Assembly (NCBI GenBank): GCA_016180435.1
Contig: JACPBG010000002.1
Span: 144,682 to 208,681, forward strand
Direction of reading: 5' to 3'
Length of the DNA stretch: 64,000 bases
Origin: Candidatus Sungiibacteriota bacterium
GTDB lineage: Bacteria; Patescibacteriota; Minisyncoccia; Sungbacterales; HO2-52-23
Below are positions 35,813 to 45,200 of this stretch, piece by piece (the stretch's first letter is position 1; each line of letters begins with the position of its first letter). The position numbers were made by a program, and so were the translations under genes. Below the pieces are notes generated by a model, which had not been told where the DNA came from, did not search any database, and saw only the letters and a list, made by a program, of their open reading frames with translations.

Positions 35813-36877
35813 ATGTTCACGAAATTATATACAGAAAAAATGCAAATTGTCGGTTTAGTTGCGCTGATAATTTTAGCGGGACTCGTTGTCTGGAGATACC
35901 CAATGTTGCAGACCGCAAGCATTATTTCTCCGATAAGCGGTGAGACATTCCGTTCTGATCAGTTGATGGAAATACGATGGACCCCGGGTAATCCCGGAAT
36001 CCGGATGATTGAACTTGTTCCTCAATCCGGCTCACTCATAACGATTTACCAGACATCCGTATTTGCTTATCCAATTACGGATACGAGCGGATCATTCAGT
36101 TTTGTGCCATCCGCGCGCGGGGTGCCTCCGGGCCAGTATCACATCCGGATTTATAATGCCAATTCAAGCGATTATTCGGTAACTACCAATCCCATCCGTA
36201 TTGTATTGCCGCAATCTCCTATGGTTCCGGTGGTTGTGCAAAGCCCTAATGGGGGAGAGACATATGCCTTGGGCGGCCCGATTAAAATTTCCTGGAGCGG
36301 CGGAAAAAATAAGGTATGGGTCGGTATTGCCAAGGCCGAATATTTTGTGGGAGGGACTTATCCTTTGATGGCGTTTATTACTAAAGATGCCGCTCCGAAT
36401 GGATCTTTGATGTGGGACGGCAAACTTTGCGTTTTGCCTGGTGATTGTAGGCCGGTAACTTATTGGCAACCGGATGGATCCGTTAAAGTCGTGGTTGTTT
36501 CCGAAAACGCGGATGGAGATTATTGCACCCAGTCCCCGGATCGGCCGTGCAACATAGATGCAAGCGACGGTCCGTTTGCGGTTAAGTCCGCAACTGTTGC
36601 GCCATCGCCTGCGCCGTTAACACCCAAACCCACTGCGGTTATCCCGACTCCGTTTATAGCGCGTCCTAAACCAACAACCGTTCCTGCGCCAACAATCAAA
36701 CCAAAATCAGTCCAGCCCACCCGGCCCGGTAGCGGAAAAGATAATAATTTACCGTCCGAAGTTCAAAGAAATCCGATAATTTCTGATGATAATATGGTAC
36801 CTGACTTCAATCCGCCCGAACGGCCGGGGATTTTAGGCAGAATTTGGGGAACACTCCGTTTCTGGCTGGGTTTTTAA
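35813..36877 (+). CDS. Secreted protein with Kre9/KNH-like PNGGE domain and Pro/Thr-rich C-terminal tail
   Basis: TM/signal QIVGLVALIILAGLVVW. SPNGGETYALGGPIKISWSGG is paralogous to modules in the 27850 protein. PSPAPLTPKPTAVIPTPFIARPKPTTVPAPTIKPK tail. Confidence 0.55.
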   Translation: MFTKLYTEKMQIVGLVALIILAGLVVWRYPMLQTASIISPISGETFRSDQLMEIRWTPGNPGIRMIELVPQSGSLITIYQTSVFAYPITDTSGSFSFVPSARGVPPGQYHIRIYNANSSDYSVTTNPIRIVLPQSPMVPVVVQSPNGGETYALGGPIKISWSGGKNKVWVGIAKAEYFVGGTYPLMAFITKDAAPNGSLMWDGKLCVLPGDCRPVTYWQPDGSVKVVVVSENADGDYCTQSPDRPCNIDASDGPFAVKSATVAPSPAPLTPKPTAVIPTPFIARPKPTTVPAPTIKPKSVQPTRPGSGKDNNLPSEVQRNPIISDDNMVPDFNPPERPGILGRIWGTLRFWLGF

Positions 36878-38214
36878 TCATTACAGATATATTGAGATAA
36901 ATAGGGGGCATCCTCCCTAAAGCAATCCTTGAAATTTTCAAGGAATTTTTCTTTTTCCGAAGGTATGAGGAAAACATAAAGCGGCTTTGGAAAATTTTTC
37001 AGAAAATCTATTTTTTCTTCGCGCGATCCGATGGAAAATGAAACCCATTCCTGTACTGTGTGCGTGTCGTGCAGCATTCCCGGGGCGACAACTCTATTTT
37101 GACTCCATCCTTGAACCCAGGGTGCCAGCGGAGTGGATGTAAGGATCGCGGCGTTATTCGGAACGATCTGCCGGATATTTTCAAGTTCTTCAAGGTCTGG
37201 GCCTGACACCAGCGGCCGGAGATTTTGGATCCGGCCATATAAATTCAGCAAAACCCAAAGAGGCAATAAGATCACGAGCACTAAGTGGATCAGCTTAATT
37301 TTCGTAAGGCGGCTTCTGGGCATGTTGTTGAGCAGATTTTTAAAGCCAAGCGCCGACGCCACAACTATTATGATGTCAGTAAATATAAATATTCTTTCAT
37401 AAAACGGCAGGAAAAAGATGGGAAAGGCCGCGGCCACGATAAAAAGCGCCACTGCGGTAGAGCGCGGGTTGTCATAGAAAAAACCTTTTACACCCCATAA
37501 TGCCATTAAAAATAAAGGGAGAGATAACAGGGCATATTCTTTCCAGCCCATAAATACCGCAACCGGAGCGCTTAAATAATCCGGCAGTGAATCCGAGTGC
37601 AGATATAAAAACGCGAGCATGGTTCCCGTAAGCACTGCGGCCGTAAGCGCGCGGCGTTTATGGTTAAGTATAAGATATACTGCCAGAGTCAAAAGAAAAA
37701 TAATGCCGGTAGTGTGGTGGCTGAAAGCGATTAGGATTCCGAATGGCACTGCCAGGTGCGAATTTCGTTCCAGCATTAAAAATGTTATCAGAATGAGCGG
37801 AATTGCAAATGCGCTTTTAAAAAGCATGTACCAATAGGCGGTATATTGGACCGGTGAGGCGATAAGAAAAATAGCCGCGAGTATTCCGCTGCGGTTTCCG
37901 AAGCGCTGCCGCACGAAAAAAAATAGCGCCACCGGTTGTATGATAAAAAGGAATAAATATCCTCCATAAAGTATAATATCGGGCGTAAATTTAAACAGGC
38001 GAATTATATCAAGAAATATGCGCGGAGTCAGTGCGTTTTCTCCAAAACCCGGAACCGGGGTGTTTGGAAAAGAAGTAAACGGCTGTATAACATAGCGCCG
38101 GTAAAATCCGGTGTCATATCCCAAAGGATGCGGACCAAAGATTAAAAACGGAACAAGATGGATTATCAGGGATAATGCAGCCAGAAAAATTATTGTGTTC
38201 CGGGTGTTTATCAT
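36874..38214 (-). CDS. Polytopic membrane protein, possibly a GT-C-fold glycosyltransferase
   Basis: At least 10 predicted TM helices. N-terminal periplasmic loop GYDTGFYRRY. Internal ATG (MINTRN) of track ORF 36874..38313. Convergent 4-nt overlap with the 35813 gene. Confidence 0.45.
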   Translation of the reverse strand: MINTRNTIIFLAALSLIIHLVPFLIFGPHPLGYDTGFYRRYVIQPFTSFPNTPVPGFGENALTPRIFLDIIRLFKFTPDIILYGGYLFLFIIQPVALFFFVRQRFGNRSGILAAIFLIASPVQYTAYWYMLFKSAFAIPLILITFLMLERNSHLAVPFGILIAFSHHTTGIIFLLTLAVYLILNHKRRALTAAVLTGTMLAFLYLHSDSLPDYLSAPVAVFMGWKEYALLSLPLFLMALWGVKGFFYDNPRSTAVALFIVAAAFPIFFLPFYERIFIFTDIIIVVASALGFKNLLNNMPRSRLTKIKLIHLVLVILLPLWVLLNLYGRIQNLRPLVSGPDLEELENIRQIVPNNAAILTSTPLAPWVQGWSQNRVVAPGMLHDTHTVQEWVSFSIGSREEKIDFLKNFPKPLYVFLIPSEKEKFLENFKDCFREDAPYLSQYICND

Positions 38215-38552
38215 TTTTTCATTATAGCAAAATATACGGCAATTCGCTGATTGTGGATAGTTGGATTTGGTTAGTTTTCCGCCAGCGCTTATACTATATA
38301 AGACCTCCTGCATAATAAGCTTTCGTGACGAAATTTCAGAATTTTGTGCGAAAACGGCGAAGCGCGAGGCGGCATATATGGCATATATACGCCAACGAGC
38401 GATGAACCGTTTGCTTCTGCCTTCTTGGCAGAAGCCGGGGAAATTCTTAACGCTCGCACGGCTTTGCCGGCTCGCTAAATTTCCCGCGAATCACTGCATG
38501 ATTCGCCCCAAATTCTGAAATTGCAGTAGAAATGTTATTTTGCAGGAGGTCT

Positions 38553-38810
38553 ATGGTAGTGGAAGAGCCATCCTCTAAAAAAACGCTTTATATCAGTATT
38601 GTCGCGGCCCTCATTCTAATCGGAGGGATTATTTGGTATTGGTCGCAAAAGAGTGCTCCAGAACCGGTTGAACCGGCGGGCGCGGTTGGAGCGGCCGAGA
38701 CGTTGAGCGAATCGGTTCCGGAAATAAAAACCAATCTGGGGGAAAAAGTCCCGGAAGTAAATCCACTGGATCGGGCCAATCCGTTCAAATATAAAAATCC
38801 GTTAAGATAA
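38553..38810 (+). CDS. Small N-terminally anchored hypothetical protein
   Basis: MVVEEPSSKKTLYISIVAALILIGGIIWYW has one TM helix. Stop lies 1 nt before the MITE-like element. Confidence 0.3.
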   Translation: MVVEEPSSKKTLYISIVAALILIGGIIWYWSQKSAPEPVEPAGAVGAAETLSESVPEIKTNLGEKVPEVNPLDRANPFKYKNPLR

Positions 38811-38811
38811 T

Positions 38812-39042
38812 CCCGTTAGAAGCCGCGATCGCATATCGGGATTTAAATACCGTTAAATATTTCGAGTTTAATATAAATAATAACAAAGCAGATTGTATTA
38901 GTTGATCGCGATCCCGGTACCACAAATCCTGTCGGATTTGGCTACGGGACAAGTATGATCAAAACAAAGATTATTTTAAGCATGTCTCGCCCCGTAGTCA
39001 CCAAGTGTACGAGGTGTACTATCGGGGTCTGCTTCTAACGGG
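38812..39042. repeat. MITE-like element (CCCGTTAGAAGCCGCGATCGC ... CTGCTTCTAACGGG) directly abutting the ATG of the 39043 gene
   Basis: The first 26 nt are identical to the copy at 57156. It ends ...tctgcttctaacggg immediately before the ATG at 39043, and carries a ~115-nt extra internal segment relative to the 57156 copy. Confidence 0.6.
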
Positions 39043-41970
39043 ATGAAGACCTTAATAACAGTAAATCGAAAATTATTGCTGGCCATCTTATTTTTAGTGA
39101 GCGTAGCATTTACCGAAGCCGGGGCGACTGCCAACGACTCTTCCATAACTCTTAAAAAACCCCCGGGCGCGGAACGATTTATTTTGACCATTAACGATCC
39201 TGATGGAATTCAGGAGTTTTCGCTTTCTCCGGCCGCGCAATTCCGTTACGGCGGAATGTTGAGCGGCTGCAATAAGTCATTTTCGATTAAGGATGTATCC
39301 TTCAATGACCCGGCTGATTTTACGCCCAAGATGCCTGCCTATGTTATTGATTGTCAGAACAATACTCTGGAGCTTGAAATTTTTACTCCGGTTAAAGGGA
39401 TAGCTAAAAGTGTTGCGGTAAAAAAAGAAGCTCCGGCGCCGTCCCCGACGCCTGTAGAGAATTTAGAACTTAGAACCGAGAACTTAGCAAAACTTCCCGA
39501 AAAAAAGGGGCCTTTGTTGGCCGAAGACATTCGGTATCCGGTGCCCGAATTGGGAAATTGCCAAAGCGAGGCCGAATGCCGTTCGTATTGCGATAATGTT
39601 AATCACGCTAAGGAGTGCCTGGCATTTGCCAAGAAATATAATCTGATTTCAGCAGGAGAAGCCCAGGAAGCGGCTGATAAATTCCTTAATGTTAAAAATG
39701 GCCCCGGCGGCTGCAATTCCTGGTCTTCTTGCGAAAATTATTGCAATTCAATTGATCATCTGGATGCATGTATTACTTTTGCCGAGGAGACCGGTTATTA
39801 TTCCGGCGATAAATTGGCCGAGGCCCGAAAATTTCAAGGCCTGATAAAATCCGGGGAGAAATTTCCCGGAGGATGCCGCGATCGGAACTCCTGTGAAATT
39901 TATTGCGGCGACCCCAATCATATGGAAGAATGTTTGGATTTTGCCGAAAAAAGCGGCTTTATGCCCAAAGAGGAAATAGCGGAGGCCAGAAAATTCATGG
40001 CTTTAATGCGTAAAGGCGAGAGCCCGGGCGGATGCACCTCCAAAGAACAATGTGAAAAATATTGTTTTGAAGAAGATCATATGAATGAGTGTATTGATTT
40101 CGGTCTGAAAGCGGGAGTTATGACCGAGGAGGAGGCAGTAATGGCCCGAAAAGTTGGAGGAAAAGGTCCGGGCGGATGCCGCAGTAAAACGCAATGCGAT
40201 GCGTATTGCGAAGAACATTCCGAGGAGTGCTTTAATTTTGCCAAGGAGCATGGATTGATGAGTGAAAAAGACCTGGAACGAATGAGCAAGGGAATGGAAC
40301 AGTTCCGCGCTAATCTTGAAAAAATGCCTCCGGAAGCAGTTCAGTGTCTTGAGGATGCTATCGGCGAAGAAAATTTTGAGAAAATCAAAAATGGACAGCC
40401 GATTTTTGATAGAAGCATGGAAGGAAAAATGAAATCCTGTTTTGGACGGATGAGCGCCGATTTCAGTAAAAAGTTAGAGAAGCTCCCGCCCCAAGCCACG
40501 CAATGCATTAAAGATGCGGTGGGGGAAGAAGGACTGCAAAAATTACAAAGCGGAGAATTCGGCGAAGATCTTAATTTTGAATCATTGGAAGGATGTTTTA
40601 AGGCATTGCAGCAATCGTTGGGCGGAGGAGGTAATTTTAGCAAAGGCGGATTTGAGGGCCCCGGCGGATGCAAAAGCATGGAAGAATGCGTAGAGTATTG
40701 TACTGCCCATCATGAGGAGTGTGCGGGTTTTAGTCCTCCGGGTGGAGGCGGCGGAGGATTTCAGCGGGGTGATGGAGGATTTCAGGGCGGTGGACCGGGA
40801 GGATGCAGGAGCGAGGAAGAATGCCGGTCTTATTGCGAGGAACATCCGGATGAATGTGGCGGCGGGGGCGGTATGGGCGGTGGCGGCAGTAATGGTGTAA
40901 ATACGGGCGGTGGATTTAACGGACCCGGCGGCTGCGCTTCTATAGAGGGATGCATCGTATATTGCCGATCGCATACGGAAGATCGCGAATGCCGGGCTTA
41001 TACAGGCGGCGGAGAAGGGGGCGCGGGTTTTTCCGGTCCGGGCGGCTGTGCATCCATAGAGGATTGCGTGAGATATTGCCAAGCGCATTTTCAAGATCAA
41101 GAGTGCCAAGCCTACATAGGAGGCGGTGGCGGCGGGGGAGGAAACATTGGCGGCAATTCGCCAAGTTGCGCTCCGGCGCCTTTGGGCTTAGTCAGTTGGT
41201 GGAAAGGGGAATCAAGCGCGCAAGACAGTGCTGACGGAAATAGCGGAGCTCTTTCCGGAGGAGCTGGTTTTGCTGATGACGGAAAAGTCGGGAAGGCGTT
41301 TAAATTTAATAAAGGCAGCGTCAATATCGGAAATCCCGCTAATCTGAATTTCGGGACCGGGCCATTTTCTTTGGAGGCCTGGTTTCGCTGGGACGGCGGA
41401 GAAGGCGTAAATAATATCATCCGAAAATCAAACTATCCTTCCAGCGGCCCCGGATCGGGATATTGGTTCAGGGTAGGCAATGGAACCCTGGAATTTTCGA
41501 TTGGAGAAACTACCCAATCCGAAGGCCAGACCATTATTACCGCGCCCGTGGCTTCCGGAGTTTGGCATTATGCCGTTGGCACGAAAGATGATTCCGGCGG
41601 CGTTAAGTTATATGTGGATGGCGAGTCCCGGGGAACTATCCTGCGGTCTGCTCCCGGTACGCAATCAACAAGTGATGATCAGTTTACACTCGGATCATGG
41701 CGGGCGAGCTCCGAATTTTTTTCCGGCCTGATCGATGAGGTTTCCGTATATAACCGAGCGCTTAACGCGTCAGAAGTCCAGGCCATTTTCAATGCGGGTA
41801 ATGCGGGTAAATGCTCTGTTCAGTCAAGTCCCGCGCCAATTCCTCCGCCCGGCGGCCAAATCCCTCCGGAATATTGTTCATATTTTACAGCCGTACCAAG
41901 TTGTTCCTATGTTGGTCCGGCGGGATCGCAAGATTATAATTACTGCAAGCAGTGTTTTCCGGATAAATAA
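39043..41970 (+). CDS. Secreted Cys-rich repeat protein (8x ~45-aa C4H modules), Gly-rich spacers, C-terminal concanavalin/LamG-like domain
   Basis: Signal peptide MKTLITVNRKLLLAILFLVSVAFTEA. Repeats GPGGCNSWSSCENYCNSIDHLDACITFAEETGY, PGGCRDRNSCEIYCGDPNHMEECLDFAEKSGF and others. GGGG runs. C-terminal LIDEVSVYNRALNASEVQAIF fits Laminin_G_3. Confidence 0.7.
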   Translation: MKTLITVNRKLLLAILFLVSVAFTEAGATANDSSITLKKPPGAERFILTINDPDGIQEFSLSPAAQFRYGGMLSGCNKSFSIKDVSFNDPADFTPKMPAYVIDCQNNTLELEIFTPVKGIAKSVAVKKEAPAPSPTPVENLELRTENLAKLPEKKGPLLAEDIRYPVPELGNCQSEAECRSYCDNVNHAKECLAFAKKYNLISAGEAQEAADKFLNVKNGPGGCNSWSSCENYCNSIDHLDACITFAEETGYYSGDKLAEARKFQGLIKSGEKFPGGCRDRNSCEIYCGDPNHMEECLDFAEKSGFMPKEEIAEARKFMALMRKGESPGGCTSKEQCEKYCFEEDHMNECIDFGLKAGVMTEEEAVMARKVGGKGPGGCRSKTQCDAYCEEHSEECFNFAKEHGLMSEKDLERMSKGMEQFRANLEKMPPEAVQCLEDAIGEENFEKIKNGQPIFDRSMEGKMKSCFGRMSADFSKKLEKLPPQATQCIKDAVGEEGLQKLQSGEFGEDLNFESLEGCFKALQQSLGGGGNFSKGGFEGPGGCKSMEECVEYCTAHHEECAGFSPPGGGGGGFQRGDGGFQGGGPGGCRSEEECRSYCEEHPDECGGGGGMGGGGSNGVNTGGGFNGPGGCASIEGCIVYCRSHTEDRECRAYTGGGEGGAGFSGPGGCASIEDCVRYCQAHFQDQECQAYIGGGGGGGGNIGGNSPSCAPAPLGLVSWWKGESSAQDSADGNSGALSGGAGFADDGKVGKAFKFNKGSVNIGNPANLNFGTGPFSLEAWFRWDGGEGVNNIIRKSNYPSSGPGSGYWFRVGNGTLEFSIGETTQSEGQTIITAPVASGVWHYAVGTKDDSGGVKLYVDGESRGTILRSAPGTQSTSDDQFTLGSWRASSEFFSGLIDEVSVYNRALNASEVQAIFNAGNAGKCSVQSSPAPIPPPGGQIPPEYCSYFTAVPSCSYVGPAGSQDYNYCKQCFPDK

Positions 41971-42015
41971 ATCGTCAACGAATAACGAATTTTTTTACGA
42001 ATATAACGAATTTGT
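41971..42015. repeat. Partial ACGAAT-repeat element (copy 3; CGGATAAATAAATCGTCAACGAATAACGAAT...) supplying the stop region of the upstream gene
   Basis: Shares GGATAAA(W)AAATC(G)TCAACGAATAACGAAT with the nrdD-splitting copy (26730-26760). Only the left arm is present. Confidence 0.4.
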
Positions 42016-42025
42016 TCTACTTTAT

Positions 42026-42057
42026 GAAGTCCGACTTCCTGCGGGAAGTCGGACTTC
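42026..42057 (+). terminator. Perfect 14-bp hairpin GAAGTCCGACTTCC-tgcg-GGAAGTCGGACTTC after the Cys-rich/LamG gene
   Basis: Same architecture and loop as the hairpin at 49520-49550 (GAAACCGAGTTTCC-tgc-GGAAACTCGGTTTC). No clear T-run follows. Confidence 0.4.
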
Positions 42058-42226
42058 TGGTTTCCGGCTCCCCCTCGTTATTTAAACGGCGGAACTGTGC
42101 ATAACTTGACTATGGCGTACCGGACATATAAATCCTATAATAAAAGCAATTATTAATTATATTTTTATACATTATTTGCGGAATTCCATGGGTTTACCCA
42201 CGGGCTTCTAATTTTTTAAAAAAGTT

Positions 42227-45200
42227 ATGCACAATATCAAACGATTATTTACCCCGTTACTTGATTGTGGAGTATGGAACCTTACGGAAAATATGAACGA
42301 CCATTGCGACAAACCAGCAGTAAGACCGCGGGGTATTCAAGTAATGGGGTTTTTACCCGCGATTTTTGCCGGCGTTTTTTTAATTTTAGCCGGTCCGGCC
42401 CAGGCCGCTATCAGTATTGCCGCTCCGCCGATTGACGCCATATTTGGAGATAAAACCGCCGGCGGAGGATCATATATGCCTTTGATGAAATTTCAGTTAA
42501 ACCAGTCCTCGGGTTCGGATACGCTGTCAAGCGTCCGGGTCGCGATTTACTCAACCACCACGCCCAATAACTTAACCACCGGAGAGATCAATAAACTTTA
42601 TCTTTTCAAAGAATCCGGCGCGCATTTTGATTTTCAGCCGGGTGAAGATATTCAGGTTAACACCGGTGCTAACGAAGTTACGGATCCGGCCACCAGCACC
42701 GCCGTAACCATTACCGTGGACGCGGATAAAAATACGGTGGGCACGTCCCCCACGGAATATTATATAGTAGGCCGCGCCACTACGAGTGCCGCAACTGCGG
42801 CGGGTAAAATTACCAATGGACATGCGCTCTACGCCACAACCTCCGCTAATTGGCTTACAACTTCGGCCGTATCCCTGGGAAGTGAATTTATCGGACAGCG
42901 AAAAATCACGCTGGAGCAGTCAGCGGCTTTGAAGATCAGCGAGGTGCGTTTGGGCACCACCGGCAATGCCGGTAATGAGTTCATTGAACTTTATAATACA
43001 TCTGATTTTCCGGTTGATTTGTCGCTTTTGCCTTTGAACCTTTATATTTTTGATGCCTCCGGCGGCGCGGGATTAAAGTCCCTGACTTATTTTAAAAAAA
43101 TCATTCCGGCCAAAGGGTTTTTCCTGATTGCCTCCGAAACCAATTATAGCGGAGCCACGCCTCCGGATGCGGTTTATACCACGTTTTCCGGAAATACTTT
43201 GATCTCCGATACCGGATTAGCCATAGCCACTTCCAGCGCCGTAGCCAATGCCACCAGTTCGGATATTGATCGGATTGCCTGGGGCGCCCAGCCCGCGGCC
43301 AATGCCGAGGGAACGGCTCTGGCTGATCTTGCGGCAGACAGGAGTTATGAGCGCAAAGCAAGCACCACCTCGACCAATGCCACTATGGCGCCGGGAGGAA
43401 TAGATGCCGGTAAAGGCAATGGCCATGATGTGGATGCCAACAGCACGGATTTTGTGGAACAAACCGGCGCCGGAGTTAATCCGCAAAATTCGTCAAGTCC
43501 GCATGAGTTTTCTTTTGGCGGCGGGGTGATTGATTCGGAAAAGCCCTTTGTAGGCGGATCATATCCTGGTCCGAATCAGACTGGAGTTCCGGTGGACATG
43601 CCTTTTATCGGTTTTGGATTTAATAAGGTTGTGGCAACCGGCACCATTATTTCGGCTACTGCCACCTCAACCGTAACTCTTACTGCTGCCGGGTCCGGCA
43701 CCAATCTTTGCACCAGCGTATCGTATAATCCCTTTCCGTCTAATTTTGAGCCGCCGGCCAAATGTAATCTATCGGCCCAGTTATTGATCAGCACCACTTA
43801 TACTTTTACGGTGGCAACTTCTGTGGCAGATCTTTCCGGAAATGCATTGGATCAAGATTCGTTTTTAGCCGGAAATCAGGCGCATCAATTTACCTTTAGT
43901 ACCGGCGGAGCCGGACAGACCATTACCAATACCATTCCGCCGGCAGTAACAGGCACTAATCCATTTCCCGGAGGCATTAATATCCCGACCAATATTGCCA
44001 AAATTTCCGTAAAATTCAGCCAGTCCACCATGGATACGTCAACTCTGAATGCAACCAACATTACCTTATCGGGTGCGACGCTTTCGGGATTTTCGTTCGA
44101 TGCCACTACAAGTTTATTGTCTATTGTTCCGAGTTCTCTGGTGGCGAATACAAGTTATACTTTGACCGTGGGTACGGGCGTAAAGAACTTAAACGGGATT
44201 TTTATGCCCGGACCGTATATAACCACTTTTAAAACCGGAGGGGGCGCGGATTATACGGCTCCGAATGTGGTTGGGGTTTTGCCCACTCCCGGCACTACGC
44301 TTCCTTTGAATGCGGTTGATTTTGTTTTTTCCACGGATGATCATCTTGATCCATCCACTGCAACATCCGGCGCCGTAACCTTGTCTTTCGGCGGGTCTAA
44401 TCTGCCCGGTGCTGTAAGTTATGATTCAGTGGCCAAAGAAGGGCATTTTACCGCAACCAATCCTTTGCTGGCCGGCGCGGCAAACAATCTTGTTTTGACG
44501 CTGGTGGGCGGAGCGTTAAAAAATATTACCGGTTCAACAACTGCGGCAGTTGTACGCGCCTGGTCAACCGAAGGCGCCAATTCGGACTCTACCGGACCGA
44601 CCGTTATTTTTGCCAATTCCGATCCGTTCGGTCTGGCCGTAACATTTAATGAGGCCGTGAAAGAAACCGATGCGAAGACATTGGCAAACTACAGTTTAAC
44701 TGTCGGCGGATCCTCTTTGCCGTTAAGCAGTTTTGCCGGACATACGATTTCATATGATGTTTCCCGCCGGACTTCAAAAATTTCCGGAGTGTTTTTGTCC
44801 CCGGGCGCGGTATTTAATATCAGCGCATCCAATATCCGCGATATTTCGGGAAACGCAATGTCCGGATCATCCGCCGCCACAAGTACCGTTATGACCGGCG
44901 CGGCCTCCGGTGGATTCCTGGGACCCGGTGAGTCAACCGGAAATTACGGTCCGGATATCAAGGATTTTTCGTCATCCGGCATTGGTTTTATGCCGGGCAC
45001 GAGAGTCATGCCGATTAACGCCTTTATTTCAGCCAGCACTACCTATGGATTTGAACTTCCCTTATCTAAACAAATTTCAGCTAACGGCACGATTGTAATC
45101 ACTTTTCCTTCAAGTTCGGATTTCGGGGTGTGCTGTGCTGCTACCAGTTCCGCATCCAACCCTTTTATTTCCGAGCAAAACAAAGACATAAACGGTCCGG

